In this document: positions 1-17,666 of the stretch, one piece after another | How the letters are laid out: each line of letters starts with the position of its first letter | Numbering within the stretch: position 1 is the stretch's first letter | Source: the human T2T-CHM13v2.0 reference genome, Homo sapiens | Direction: 5' to 3' (one strand) | Length of the DNA stretch: 64,000 nt | Assembly (NCBI RefSeq): GCF_009914755.1 | Contig: NC_060926.1 | Made by a program: the position numbers and the translations under genes | The notes under the pieces: model-generated | What the model was told of the DNA's origin: nothing | Seen by the model: only the letters and a program-made list of their open reading frames with translations | Databases searched by the model: none

Positions 1-1470
<1,470 letters not shown>

Positions 1471-1494
1471 ATTTTTTTCTTTCTCATATAAGAG

Positions 1495-1860
1495 GCGAGC
1501 AGTCCAGGACTGGTACAGTGGCCCCTTGATCACTATCTGGGTATGCAGCTTCTATCCTCAAGGTCACCTCATGATCCAAGATGGCTGCTGAAGTTCCAGT
1601 CGTTACATCACATGGAGTTGCAGGCTGGAAGGAGGAAAGAAAGACAAAAGCTCCTCCACTCCCTGCTGTCATCTCCCATGAAGCCCCCAGAACACTTGCA
1701 CTTGTCTCATTGCTAGGACCTAGTCACATAGGTTGTGCACACTTAGCTCTAAGAAAGTCTGAGAAATGAAGGGTTTTTTTTTAGCAAGACACATTGTCAC
1801 CCAGAATATAATCAGGGTCCTTCCACCAAAACAAAGAATGGAGAATGGGTATTGAGGGAT
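1495..1860 (-). mobile_element. Ancient ERVL/MaLR-type LTR fragment
   Basis: CAAGATGGCTGCTGAAGTTCCAG motif and context resemble old MLT1/LTR33-like LTRs; related sequence at about 4560-4950. Confidence 0.5.
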
Positions 1861-2298
1861 GCTCAGAGTCTAAGCCAGAGTTGGGAGGAAATAACAGACA
1901 CTTCCAATTATGTTTTAATGCATTCTTTTTCTATAAGAAGGCCATGTCACTTTGGAAATTTAAAACATAAGTAAAAAAACCATTTTGGAAAAAATAAGAG
2001 AAATTCTGGAAAAGAGAGATCAGCACTTACCCTATAGGAATAATTTCTGAAAGTGGAATTTCAGGCATCAGAGAGATGGTGTTTTAGAAGAGGGAGTAGA
2101 AACCCTGCCAGAGCCCTCAAGTCAATGCACACGAACACATGGGGCTAGGGCACACTACCTATGGGGTAACCCTACTCCACAAAGAGCAGTTAAAAAAAAA
2201 AAAAAAAGCCTATTCAGGTTGAGAGAGTTCTGTAGGTGTGGATGTTCATCCTTTCCTATGCTTGAAGCCAAATATATGTTTTAATACATGCTAGTTTT

Positions 2299-2654
<356 letters not shown>

Positions 2655-3254
2655 CTACACTTTTCTTCTCCTCTTCACAATGTCACTCACAGAGGGGAAA
2701 CATGAAGTTTGCCATCCACTCAAATGCAGTTCTTTCTCCTCACCACAATCACTCCCTATGCAACTACCTGAGAACTCTTTCAAAAATGCAAGGCAAGCGT
2801 ATTCCTCCACTGTTTAAACCCTTCTCAGATTCCCTGACCAAGGCAGGCAAACTCCCTCCTCATGGGGCCCCTTCCCTAATTTCCAGTCCTGCTTTCTGTC
2901 AGCTCCTCTGTGTCTTCCTCCTCCCCAGAGCCTCCAAGAAGCTTCTGCTCTCTGGGATGCCCTTCCCTCCATTGTCTATGTAGCAAACTCCTACTTTCCC
3001 TTCAATGGCCCACTCAAAGGCACCTCCTCTGTGAACCCTTCCTTGATTGCCTACAGGCATGGGCCTTTTTTTTTCTTTCTTTTGTGTTCCTGTGACACTT
3101 CATGACCATCTCTGCCAGCAGGTCTGTCTTTTCCATTAGAGCATGAACTCTTCCAGAGTAGAAACTAGGCTTTATTTTTGTCTGTGCCTCAATGCCAAGC
3201 ACAGAGCCTGGGATGAACTAGGTACCCAGTGTAAGGCAGTTATAAGGCAATAGA

Positions 3255-3440
3255 GCATAGTGGTTAAGAGCATAAACTCTGGTGCTACCCCACCTGACTT
3301 CGAGGCCAGGCTCTGCCACCTACTTAACAGCTATATGCCTCAGTTTCCCCACTTGTAAAATGGGGATAAAGATACTTCCTACCCCATAAGTTTCTGTTGA
3401 AGACTCAATGAAGGAATATATGCAAAGGGTTCGTCACTCA
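3255..3440. mobile_element. MIR
   Basis: AGCATAGTGGTTAAGAGC...GCCTCAGTTTCCCCACTTGTAAAATGGGGATAA core. Confidence 0.85.
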
Positions 3441-4179
3441 TTACATGAAAGCCATCATCTTTATTACTTCTGAATACAATGCTAGTGCAGCAGAAGGGGC
3501 ACCTGGAACCCCGCCCCTCACCAGCTCAAGGGCTTTGGTCAGACAAGACTACCTCTCTGACATATGTAGGTTGATATTATTCTAAAATATGTTGTGCATT
3601 TCATCTTCCTGGAGAAACTCAGGGAAGTTACAAAATACCATCTCTTTGCTTGAAGGATCTTGCATAATTCCTTGGCCCTAGTCCATTTGTAGGGAGCACA
3701 TTTAGTAACCCTAACAGAGTGTTGGAAAAGGCTTGCCTGGAAAGGGTTAACCACAGAGCTTTAGAAGGAGTTGGGCTCTGGGGAAAGAGAGATTTCTAGG
3801 GATGGTGGAAGATGAGGCCTCCCTGCCCTCTGGGACCCTGGGAGGCGTCACCATGGTGATGCAGAGTGTAGGTCCGCTTTGCATGTATTTGGGGCTTTTT
3901 GTTTCTTCAGTTCTGGTGAGGGTCAGTTGAACTAGATTATGGAGAAATGAGGTACAGAGAAAGGGAAATGCTTTCTCCAGCCAGGGTAGCATGGGAAGTT
4001 ATTGGAAAAGCAAGGACTAGAACTTATTAGTTAACTTATTAATTAACCAATATTTATAGACCCCACTCTATGCCAGGCCCAATTCTAGGTATGGAGGACT
4101 TGGCAGAGAGCATGGCAGACAGTGTCTCTGGTCTAATGAGCACAGCAGGCAGGAATCAAGGAAGCAAATAAATATGTGC

Positions 4180-4360
4180 CATATTTCACTGATCCTAAGA
4201 TGTCCCTCCCTTTTTTCACATTTTAAAATCTCTGAAATCAAGGTGGATGCATCTTACAATCAGTGATATGTCTTGAGAGCATTTTCTTCTCTCATAGTGA
4301 TATGTAAAATAATGCTATACCTTACAACTGATGGCATCTGAGATTTAATAAGATATAGTC
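4180..4360. mobile_element. MER104/Tc2-like DNA transposon remnant
   Basis: TTTTCACATTTTAAAATCTCTGAAAT...CATCTTACAATC; related sequence at about 44340-44410 and 44830-44870. Confidence 0.5.
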
Positions 4361-4559
4361 ATACAATTCAAGTGATGGCATTCTCACCTCCTTAACACTG
4401 ATTTATTTTCCATCCAAGCAACTTACAGTAGAAACCCCTGCCTGAAATGGACAACTTCTCTGACTGATCTATTTCTAGGACTTCTTTAGAAATTCATGGT
4501 TCTCTCAGTTATATTTCTGTGAATCCACTTTTTTTTGGAACCAACAAGGACCCTGCCTA

Positions 4560-4950
4560 TATCAGTAAGGAATTTATTTGGCTACAAATAGGAGAAAACC
4601 AGAACCACAATGATTGACACTGATTTGCATGACCCTGGGGCTGGCACAGCTGCTCATCAGGCATCCAGGCTGCTTCTTTCATTTTACTGTACCATCCTCA
4701 GCGCAGGCCTTTAGTCCTCATGGTCACAAGATGGCTGCTGTACTTCCTGGTCTCACATCCATGTTCCAGGCAGGAGGAGGGAGGAAGGACAAAAGGCATG
4801 GCACTCCCCCAACTCCTTTTTTAAAAATCAGGAAAACAAGCTTTGCCAGAAGCGTCACTAGGCTGAACTTGACTATTTCTCACAGTCCATGTGGTGTCAC
4901 ACGCGCACCTCTAGCTAAAAGATGCCTGTGGAAAAGAGGGTTGTGTGAGT
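4560..4950 (-). mobile_element. Ancient ERVL/MaLR-type LTR
   Basis: CAAGATGGCTGCTGTACTTCCTGGTCTCACATCCATGTTCCAGGCAGGAGG motif. Confidence 0.5.
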
Positions 4951-5707
4951 GAAGATGAGAAGCCAACAGCGTCTGCTCTGCTGAAGAAATAGAACAATGG
5001 AGTTCTCATGAGTGCATTGCGTGTGTGATGGCATTTGTAGTGCAATCAGAGGGAGGAGGGGATGTCATTCCTATTCTTGACAGGAAATCACTACACAGAT
5101 TTGCCTCACCTGAAAATGTGACAGAAGCCAGTCAGCAACGTCGTGACAGAGCCTGGACTTCTTCGTGCTTGTCTCCACATATCCAGCCACCTTGAGGAAG
5201 AGGATGATCCCACAGGCGCTGGCCATGTTACTAGCCACTTTCTAACTTCCAAATAAGACGGGAAAGAACATTCCAGACCAGGGGAGCCCACCCCCAACTC
5301 TTGGAGGAGAGCTTCAATTTTTCCCAGAGACTCTGAAATGACTCCATCAAGGAGTTGAGTAGCTCACAAGGGACCAAAGCTGCTACGCCAGAAGATGGAG
5401 ACAGTCTCAACCAGATGCTCATGCCCTGAGGGCAGGACGCAAGCCCTGGGCTGAGGCCCAGTGAGGATCTCACATTAAGGGGAGGGAGGAGGAGGGCTGG
5501 GTCAGGGGAGGGACCCTTCGAGGGGTTGGCTGTTGGGGGAGCAAGCGCATTAACAAAGGTATTGGTCTTTGACAATCTTCTTTACCTGTCTGATGGTCTT
5601 CTTTTCCCATCTATCTTTTCATTGTAGGCTTGTCAACTAACACATCAATATAATTCCTTTTGGAAATGGCTGAAAAACTGTAAACACAGAACTTATTGGT
5701 AGCTACA

Positions 5708-6150
5708 GTGGTAGATTGTAAAAGTGGCCACAATCCTTCACTGCGTCTATATGTTTACCCCTAAGCTAAATGACTCTGTGCCTCTCTTCCATCAAGAGGA
5801 ACAGACTACCTCTCTGCTCCTTCGACTGGGGCTGCCCTAGGGACTCACTGTGGCCAGTAGAATGCAGCGGACCTTGTTTGTACGGTTCTGAAGCTCTTGC
5901 CTACTTCTCTCTCTGGAAACTTGTGTGAACAAGCCCAAGCTAGCCTGCTGGAGAATGAGAAACACAGAGAAGCTGCCCCAGCTGAGGCTGTCCTAGTCCA
6001 GCCAGGCCCTAGCCCACCAGGCAGCTGGCCTCTGAGCATGGGCAAGCTGGCAGAAATATGCCAGACTGCAGAATCGTAAGCTAAAGGGTGGTTGTTTTGA
6101 GCCACTAAGTTTAGGGAAGATTTGTTAAACAGGAAGAGCTAACTGATAGA
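5708..6150 (+). mobile_element. MLT1-type MaLR solo LTR
   Basis: Begins GTGGTAGATTG, ends GAGCCACTAAGTTTAGGG...GCTAACTGATAGA, typical MLT1 termini. Confidence 0.75.
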
Positions 6151-7526
6151 CTTACTATGTGCTGGACACTGGCTAGGAACTTATGTAATCGTCATTTCTT
6201 TTAGCTATATTTGTACCTGTCAGTGTGCAGAGTGTGTGTTCAGGGGAGAAATAGCTTGGTCTGCTTCTGCTTGTGCTCCCATTCTGGCTGAATTTCTGTG
6301 TACTCAATTGCTCTAAAGAGCTTTCAGGCTCCAACAAAAGGACCAGAATATTCTGTGATAATCCCTGAACATTCCTCAGTCTCTAGTCCCTTAAAAGTGT
6401 GTGGGATTAGGGAAATGGTGCTCTAGTTGGAATCCATCCAACTTTTCAGCCTGCAGAGATTCAATCTGGGGAGTTATCTTGCTGTTTTTAAGCATATGTG
6501 GGTTCCTAGATATCAGGAACCAAGGGATGATCCTTTAGTGCCACTCACCAGGCAGTCCTAGCACACTAAGGGAGGGAAGGTAAGACACAAGATGCTTTCT
6601 CTGTAGTATGAAATGGGGGAGTCTGTGGAAGGTGGTCACTTAAAGCCCTGGGCAGAATGACAGTCACCAAAGCAGTGACCATGATAAGTGCCAACGTAGG
6701 GCAACCTCACGCCAAGGAAGAAGGTGTGACCTTAGGCTGGTGGCACTACCTACCTGGATAGCTGCACTCCAGTGTGGAGAGCCTTAAACTGGATTTTACT
6801 GTGGGCTGCAGACACAGTTTGCCATAACCTTTGGTGTAACAGACACTTAAAGTCAAGGTGCCTGCCAAAAGATAATAACTTTAAATGTAAAATTACAAAT
6901 CATTAAGGGTAACATGATACAAATAGCAATAGAAGCATTGGCAGTATTTTACCTTGATTTTATTTTTGCTTGTCTTTCGCTGTCAGCCTTGTCTAAAGTT
7001 GCTGCTGAGGGCACCTCATTCACACACCATTTACCCTTCAGCTATGGCACTGACATTGTCGCCTCAAGGAGCATGAGAGTGAAGGCCAAGGACACCTCCC
7101 ACACAAACTATGGTTATTTCTCAGAAATGCAGATTTAACTTTTTCAACATGGGTTTCTTCATTTACCCTTTGGGAAGTACATGGAAATGTTCAATTTCCT
7201 TTGGGAACTGAAGTCAATATTAGCCGTTAATCCAAAAAGCATCCTTCATGAAATGCTTAAGGAAGGCTTGTAAGAAACCAGTTGACTGAATTTGTTTACT
7301 ACCTATGGGCTTTGGCTAGAGGAGGGAAGACTAGTCAACACTTGGGCCTTAAAAAATCTGAACCCAAGTGTCATGTCCTTTCTTCCCAAGGGATGTAGGA
7401 AAATTGGAAAGTGGTCTTTTCTCAACTACTTCCCTTTATAGCTGTTGAGAGGTAGATGGTGCTGAATATCCATTTTGCTGCAGCAAAATCAAAAAAGAAA
7501 GGCGCAAACAACAAAAAATATAGTTG

Positions 7527-7836
<310 letters not shown>

Positions 7837-8376
7837 GAAAAAATACAGAAGTGTTAAAATACTCTTGACATGTTTTATATCAAACTTCTTACAGGGAAGG
7901 AGCTCAGATCGGTTAACCATTCCATCACTGAGAGAAGCCCCTACCCAAAGACAGTTAATGTCTCCAAGGGTGATGATGGATTCCAGAGTCTTCAGGTGGA
8001 AGACTTGGGGCTATGTGGGTCTCACTTCATCTTCCCTTTTTTTAGCTCCCCTGTGGCTACCTATTTGCAAGGAGCTCTGTGCTCCTAATGACAAGGAAAA
8101 CCCAGAGGCTTAAAATAGAGTTCATTTCCCAGAATCTCAGGTACTCAGAGGAGAGAGGGGTGGGGACTTCTTGGACACAAGCTCACATTAGCTGATGAAA
8201 CACAGCTGCATGTGCCCCACACCACAAGGAAGGAAACTTGTTTTGCTGGGAAATACTGCAGAGGTTTTTGCCTCATTTTCATGGGAGAGGCTGAAGCTTC
8301 CACTCTCTGGCAACATAGGCCAGACCCAAATGAATCTGTGGCTGAGACCAGCTTTTCCTAATGTAAGTGCTCAGTT

Positions 8377-8694
<318 letters not shown>

Positions 8695-8970
8695 TCAATT
8701 CGCAGCTATGAGAACTGTGTTAGATCTATAGCCCCGTGACTCTCATTTTGATGTGTGTTACCTGAGCACTTGAGGTCATCTGTGAGCAAAGTTTGCCAGC
8801 CCAGGCATCTCCTCCAGAGACTGCTGGCTTCTGAAGCACACTTCACTTGGTGTGAAACTTCTCATTTTGAAGGAAGCTTTATAATGTGGCCCGATGATCC
8901 TTAGTCCATCATGTTATATGCAACCCAGGAGCAAGGTGGTCCTAGCTATTAACACTAGGTGTGTGTTCAC

Positions 8971-9089
8971 AGCCAGGCGTAGTGGTGCACACCTGTAATC
9001 CCAGCTACTTGGGAAGCTGAAGTGGGAGGATCACTGGAGCCCATGAGTTTGAGTCCTGGGTAACATAGTGAGACTCTCTCTCTAAAAAA
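8971..9089 (+). mobile_element. Alu monomer (FLAM-like)
   Basis: Single Alu arm with short A tail. Confidence 0.8.
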
Positions 9090-9234
9090 TCCCAGTACCC
9101 ACGCCCCTCCCCTCCCTCCCACCCCCCACTGCCAACACACACAATCCCCACTGTTTGCAGCATAGCACAGGACATCTCCTTCCTTAGCTTCTTTGCTTGG
9201 GGATGCTGACCCAAGAAAGTAATAACAGCAAGCA

Positions 9235-9500
9235 TTATGGATTAGTTCTTTATTGCTGTGCAATAAATCACCCCAAAATGAAGCTACTTAATAATAAAAC
9301 ACTTACTACCTCATGCAGTTTCTGTGGGTCAGAAATTCAGGAGTAACTTAGTTTGACAGTTCTGGTTCAGGGTCTCTTATGGGGTTGCAGACATCTGAAA
9401 GTTTGACTGGGGCTGCAAAATTTGCTTCCAAGAAGCTCCTCACATGACTGGCAAGTTGGTGCTGGCTATTGGCAGGAGGCCTCAGCTTCTAGACTATGTG
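9235..9500 (-). mobile_element. MLT1-type LTR fragment
   Basis: ATTAGTTCTTTATTGCTGTGCAATAAATCACCCCAAAA...TCTGTGGGTCAGAAATTCAGG antisense MLT1 end. Confidence 0.7.
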
Positions 9501-10536
9501 AAGGTATTACTTTAAAAATTTAAAATTTATATTACACTCATAGGTATGCACTAGAGGGATCTAAAATTCCCCCTACCTTTGTAATGTTGTCTGTTCTCCT
9601 GAATGTCCCCACCTGCTTCCTCTGGGTACCTATCTCCACTGAGACACATGTCCATGCTCCCCAGGGTCAGGTGCCTCAGTTTCTAGTGCCTGCAACCCTA
9701 TGTCCTTGCCCATCTCTTCTTCCCCCATTGCTCAGGACCTGGCCCAGCATGACACACACAAAAGGCACTCAACATGAAGAGAATTGAATAGAACCAGTCT
9801 CCACCATAGTGCGTTCCACAGAGAGGATGTAACCCTGACCTTGAAGAGAACTGTGCTCAGTTAGAGTGAGCAAAAACATGGATTTCAGTTGTCCTGGTTT
9901 GATCTCCCCAAAATGAACTAATAACATCAGGGGTGTAGAGAGTGATAGGCATTGGGGATGAAGAAATAGGAGCAGAAACCCCAACCATTTCTTTTCTAAG
10001 CTGGGTCAGGGCCTTCACTGCACCTGGAAGGCCCTGACCCAGCTTAGAAAAGGGGGAGCCTCCCCCAGGCAGAGCAGACATAGCTGAAGATGGCTGACCG
10101 CCCTCAAATACAGCCTTGAGTTCTGACCTGCAGCTCACCAGAATGGAGAAATCCCTGGCAGGGCTGTGAGAGGCACAGATTGAAACAAAACCTTTCACTT
10201 AAAAACGACAATGTGCTCTTTTCCACCCAGCTACTCCCCAGAGGTTCAACTCTGCATAGGCAAGAAGGGAGGAGGAAGAAAAAGAGGAAGGAGAGGGGCA
10301 TTTCCTCCCACAGACTGGGTTGCCAAATAACTGCTCTAAGATGCCTCTTCTCCCTGGGTCTTCTGGACAATACGGCCCTGCTACTTGTTCAGAAAACACC
10401 ACCTTCTCATATGCCACTCACTCCCAGTAGAGAAAGTGCTTCCTCCCTGCTCTGCTTCCCGTATCTTGAGGCTTCACATTCTCTCTGGGCAGAGCACTTT
10501 CTTCACTGCTCCCCACTTTGGCCATGCTGCTTCCTC

Positions 10537-10836
10537 TTTGTTTTGTTTTGTTTTGTTTTGTTTCTCTTGCTCTGTCACCTGGGCTGGAATGCAATGACAC
10601 GATCATGGCTTACTGCAGCCTCGACCTCCCAGGCTCAAGCAATCCTCCTGCCTCAGCCACCTGAGTAGTCGGGACTACAAGTGCACACCACCATGCCTGG
10701 CTATTTTTTATTTTTGGTAGAGACAGGGTCTCACTATGTTGCCCTGGCTGGTCTTGAATTCCTAGGCTTGGGCAATGCTCCTGCCTCGGCCTCCCAAAGT
10801 GTTAGGATTATAGATGAGAGCCACCATGCCTGGCTG
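10537..10836 (-). mobile_element. AluJ-like with (TTTTG)n tail
   Basis: Antisense Alu dimer. Confidence 0.9.
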
Positions 10837-10934
10837 GTTCCTCTTTGGAGGCCTGAGTAAGTCAGGACTCCTTTGTTTGCCCAGAACAGAACCACGCTGC
10901 GCTCTAGCTTACACTAGAAAAGGAAGGTATGGAC

Positions 10935-11505
10935 ACAGAGTTACCAAATGACCCAGGAATTCCACATCCAGGTCTATACCCAAAAAAATTGAAAACAGGT
11001 ATTCAAATTCTTGTACATGAATGTTGATAGTGGCATTATTCGTAATAGCCAAAAGTAGAAACAACCCAAATGCTCATCAGCTAATGAATAGGTAAACAAA
11101 AGGTGGTGTATCTATGCAGTGGAATAGTATTCAGCCCCAAGAAATAATGGTGTACTTAAACATTCTACAACGTTAACGAAGCCTGAAAACATTATGCTAA
11201 GTGAAAGAATCCAGACACAAAATGTCACATATTGTATGATTCCATTTATATGAAACTTTCAGACTTGGTAAAGCCATCTTCCAGAAGTATAGCCATAGAG
11301 ACAGAAAGCCAACTAGTGGTTGCCAGGAGTTGATGGGAGAGGGAAAGAGAAAGTGATTGCTTAATGAGTATGGTGTTTCCTTTTGTGATGATGAAAAGAT
11401 CTTCAACTGGATAGAGGTGCTGGTTGCACAGACTTGTGAATGTAAGTGCCACTGAACTGCACACTTTAAAATGGTTAATGATTAATTTTGTGTTATGTGA
11501 ATAAA
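10935..11505 (+). mobile_element. Old L1M 3' fragment
   Basis: CAGAGTTACCAAATGACCCAG...AACAACCCAAATG...ATGATTCCATTTATATGAAA...GCACACTTTAAAATGG. Confidence 0.85.
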
Positions 11506-11520
11506 AAGAAAAAAATCCAA

Positions 11521-12029
<509 letters not shown>

Positions 12030-12895
12030 TCAATACATAAGAAATAAAATCGAATGAAAATTTGGCAGGGAGGAAGAAGTATACGGGCTCTCATGTAACT
12101 GCAAAGTCCAGTATGAATCCTGCTGACTTCAGACATGGCTGTATCCTGAGGTTCAGCAATGTTGTCAGGGTTTTGTCTCCATCCCAGCAGCCCTTGTGTG
12201 TGGGAGGAGAGGGACACTGCCAGTTCTGGTGTCACATGAGGCTGAGTAAAGAAGAGAGGAAGCTGCTTCCTGGAATGGGTCATGTGAACATGCAGATATA
12301 GACACATCCTTGGTCCAATCACCAAGGACTCCAGGGTATGGAGTCTTCTGACTGATCTGGCTCAAGCTATGTGGTCACCCCCATGGTTAGCCCACGCTGG
12401 AGGTAAGAGGCAAAGTGTGAGGTCAACACCACCCAAACCTTATGGACTGAATGGTCTCTTTGGAATAAGGAAAGGTGATTGCCAGGCAGAGGAAAGAATG
12501 CTGGGTAGCAAAATGAATCCTCCATAGGGCCTTCACTAGCCTTTCTTGCCCTCCATCCAGGAAGAGCCTCCATTCTTTCCCTACCATGTGCAAAGACTCC
12601 ACCCTATCCCTAAGCATCTCTGCCTACTTGGACCTCCCTGGGCAGCACAACTACACTCAGGAGCAGAAACCCAACCCTGGAGGTCATTGTGTTAATTTTG
12701 CTTTCCAGAGAGCAACTTGGCACTGCACTGAATTCTGATGTTCTTATTATCCTTTAACTCTGCATGGATGCTTTTAGGAATATGTTCTAAAGAAAAATTC
12801 AGCAAGATGCAAAGATGTACGAACATAAGGATGACCTTAGGTAACCGTTTATTAACTTGGAAACAACATAAGTGGGCATCAACAGGGGAGGGGTT

Positions 12896-13480
<585 letters not shown>

Positions 13481-13665
13481 TGACAAAAATCGGTAAGTGG
13501 GGGTTAAATAAATTATGATGAAGACAAATGAAGGCCAACCATGCAGCTGTTTCAAAGGATAATTCATTTCTGCATTTATTGACCATAAGATTTAATTGTT
13601 TTTTTTTTTAAAAAAAAAGATCATGTAAGTACCAAATATATCCTCATTAGTATAGTGGTGAATTA

Positions 13666-13970
<305 letters not shown>

Positions 13971-16899
13971 TAATTAATTTAAAATTAAAATTTTAAAATG
14001 TTTTATAAGTAAAAGTAAATATAGTATGACCCCATCTTTTAAAAACATAATTCTTGTAAATCAGAGGGGAGACCATAGGGTCCAATCCCTCTATAGACTT
14101 AATGCACAGTTTAGTGCTCAAAATTAATACAGAATAAATTCCATTATTTGATCACGTATTTGGAAGAACATTAAAAGACTCTGGGTCATAGTCGTGTTAG
14201 CTCATCTCAGAAGCCCCTTCCTCCACATCTGATTATTTAGAGAGCCTCAAATGTGCTAATCTCTGAAAACTCTGTTGAATTCCCTTCCATAAGGCTTTTC
14301 CCTGTCTGGACGTCTTCCTTAGCCCATTCCATTCCTTCATCATGCAGATCAGCTTAGCTCCTCTCAGCAAGTAATAATTGTTCCTCTCCCTAGAAGAGAG
14401 AAGTGAAGGAAACCAAATAGACAAATTCAAGATTTTCTTCAGTAGACAGGGGCAGGAAGAATGCTAAGAGCATGACCATGTTAACAATTTTAGCTCACAT
14501 AAAAACATATGTCTGTATGCACAGAAAATAGTATGGGAAAAATATACAAAAATGTTATCAGGGCTATCACTGGTGGCGTGGTGACAGGTGATTTTTGTTC
14601 CCTTCTTTATTTTTTTTGTCTGAATTTCTTTTTATAGAGCATGTTCTACTTTTATATTCAGAGTTTTTTTTTAAGTCATCATACTTCAGCATATTTCTTT
14701 TTCTTCTTTCTTTTCTCAAGATCTAGCAAAGGATAAAGAGAATTCAGTTGCAAAATCCAATCCTCAACACAGGATGATTTATCTTTTTTTCTTTAATTTT
14801 AGAACTTTAAAAAAGTAACCCCCTTCCACACATACCAGCATGAATAAAAGACTATTCCTTTGTAGGTTTATGAATTCACTCATAACACGCAACTGTGCAA
14901 ATTCATTTAAAATTAAGTAGCCTGAGCACGTGGTTAAGGACTGAGTTTGCTCCAGGGGCCAAGGTCAGTCCCTCCACAGTAGGAACAGCTTTTCTGCAAA
15001 CAGTTTCCCTGCAAACTCCCCTTCCTCACAGAGAAGCTGGCCCAGGCACCATGCAGCCTGGCCACTGAGGTGTTGGTGACCCCACGCTGCCACACTGGCG
15101 TTTCCATAACCCCCTTGTGTGAGCCTCCAATGGCCGGAGGGGCCTTGGCTGTGGGTGTGAAGACAGTGGGGGCCCCTGCTCTGCAGACTTGCGGTGCGAA
15201 AACTCTGGGGTCTGAGCAGGGTAAAAATCACTCTGCTGCCTGCTTTCCTCTTCCTGCTGGGTTCCTCCCAAGCTGCTCTCCCATCTCCCCTGGGACCTCT
15301 CTGGCCAGCTCAGCTTTTGTGTTTGGGCCAGGCGGGAAGAAGCACTTGGCCCGACTCCTTGCTTGTCAGAAGTCCAGCATTACCAGGGGTCTTGCCTGGT
15401 TTCAAGTATTTCCCGGTGCCTTTCCTCGCTCTGTAGTCAAGTTTCTAGCCAGGATTTCTTGGCTCTGGGAAAGATTGAATGCCTGTCTGAGCCTTCTGGG
15501 CCTGTGTTTCATTTGCAGCTGCCTGGCCCTACACTGGGTGACAGTCTCAGCCCTCCCCAGGGCAGCCCGTCCCCTCCTGCTTGGCCAGCAGAGGAGGCCC
15601 TTTGTGTCGCTGTCTTGGTGCTGGAGTGGAAGTGAGGCTTCTAATTATCGTCCCCAGCCCCGTGTCCTGGGTTTACTTCGGCTCCAGCCCAGCGTCAGGG
15701 GCAGCACTCCCTTCTGAGAGCAAGCAATTCCTGCCTGTCTGTGAGACCAAGCAGACAAGAATGCCAACCGCCAGCAGCCCCAGCCCCTAACTGTTTCTAA
15801 GTCAGACTAGGACCTGTTCAGAACCTGGCACTTTCCTGCTAGAAATTTCCAGCTGCTCTGATCTTTCCTGTAGGGCTTGGCAAGGCCAAAAAGGTCTGGA
15901 ACCAAAAGAATTCATAAGAACATCAGGCCTGGGCCGGTGGGCACCTCTCCCTCTGTCTGCTCAGGGACTCCCCAGTCACTTCCTACTGTTGGATTCATCC
16001 AGGGTGAGGGCCTGGTGGGGCTGCCAGGCCCTGAAGTCCAAGCTCAGGGAAGCGAGAGCAGTTTACCTCTGTGACATTGCTGGTGTGAGCCAAGGCTGCG
16101 GGTTCCAGGAGCTAACTTGGGATTCCGTTCAGGACATGACACAGAAGTGAAGAACTCAGGGAACTTCATATGTCCCCATCACCATAGGTGACCTGTGCCC
16201 TGCCATCATGGGGGGTGACGGGAGGCTATGAATGTTAACATAATGCAGACTGACAAAGACATCCTCTTTTGTCTTCCTTCCTCTTTGAGACTAGAATGTA
16301 TTTTCTGAGCTCTCCTTTGCTTTGCTTTTCTTTTGGGTACCATGACCCAAGGTACAGTATAAATACGTCAGTATTTGTAGCCTGTAGAAGGTCACTCAAG
16401 AATGTGCATTTGTAACCATCTGGGGAGAAAATAGGCTTTGTCAGTGAGTGTTTCCTCTGGTACACTTATTACACTCTAGCAAGTATCATGTACGGGAGAT
16501 GAAACAGGCAGCTGAAAGGTGTCCCGCCTGTGCACCTTCCTGCTGGCCCAGCGTCTATTTCCAGCCTCCTCTCCCAGGGTTGCTGAAACCCGGAGCTGAT
16601 TTCTACATTGGAAGTTAGGAGCTGCAGGAAACGCCTCGTGCCGTGCCGGGGACGTGGAGGAAAGCCAAGTGCCCTTGATAGGCTCCTCCTCTGGAGCTAG
16701 GGAGTTCCCTGGATGGTGGCAGGAGGAGCTGCGGTTCTGCAGCTGCTGCGGGCGGGGCAGCTGCTGGCGGCACTGTGTCTTGGGTTTGACCTTGACCCCT
16801 GGGCAACACAGGGAGACTTTCACACCCTTCACCCTTGCATCACTCCACTCAGAGGTGCGCAGGGCCCAGCCCCAGCTACAGATGAGGAGACTGAGGCTC

Positions 16900-17400
16900 G
16901 GAGGCTCTCGGACCGCCCAAGGTCTCTGGGCAGATCAAACGGTGGAGAGAGGCCAGAGCCAAGTGTCTTGGCTCCCGGGCTGGGAGAGGCCCCGGCGTGG
17001 CCCTCTGGAGGCCGCCGTCTGCGACTGCCCGGGCGCCCTGGGGCGGCAGCCTGGCCTCCTGGGCTCGAGGCAGGGGGCAGAGGTGTCCCGGCGGGGCCGG
17101 GGCCGGGACACGAAGAGGGAGGCGAGCAGGGGCTAGGAACTGGAGCCGGTTTGTGCTCGCGCGCCTGCAGGCCCTTTGCCTCGGGCACCCCCGCTCCAGC
17201 CCAGCGGGGGCGGCGCCGAGAGGGGCCCATGGCCCAGACGGAGGCTCGGGCTGCGTCCATTGGCGGCCGCAGCCCCGGGGCGGGAGGGGGAGCGGCCCGG
17301 CGTCGGGTTACCGGGGACCAGCACGGCAGCTGGCCCCGGGAGGCAGCCGCGGGGTGAGGGTGCATTCTTGGATTCCTGGCCGGGAAGGGAAACCAAACCG
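16900..17400. promoter_or_regulatory. CpG island / probable promoter
   Basis: Very GC- and CpG-rich unique sequence; inverted CCAAT (ATTGG, about 17259-17263); GC boxes (GGGGCGGG at about 17277); CTCF-like motif 16997-17013. Confidence 0.85.
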
Positions 17401-17666
17401 CACTTGTATCCAACGCAATCAACAAACATGATGTGTCAAGTGCTGTATTGCACTTGAGCGGGTGTAAAATGGTAGAGCTGGGGTTCCTGCCCAAACGTTC
17501 GTCTAATTGAGGAAATAAGAAATCCACAGAGAAGAAGAACGCTGGAGATACCGGGAAGGACATAATAAACCCCGAGAACCACGACCAACCGAATTTAGAG
17601 GGGTTCCTGGAAAGGGAAGTCTGTTTTTCCCCAAAGTCTTCTGGAAAGCTTCCACAACAGGGCGAG
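17300..17666 (+). ncRNA. Candidate non-coding first exon (start uncertain)
   Basis: CpG-retaining unique sequence downstream of the island, ending in GAG|GTGAGG donor at 17666/17667; no credible ORF. Confidence 0.3.

Noticed and set aside
5100-5630. Possible exons (minus-strand donors near 5109 and 5585, plus-strand acceptor near 5628)
   Set aside because: Isolated splice-like motifs with no consistent exon or reading frame
15070-15717. 215-aa ORF
   Set aside because: Non-ATG start, no recognisable domain, no convincing splice boundaries; expected by chance in GC-rich DNA
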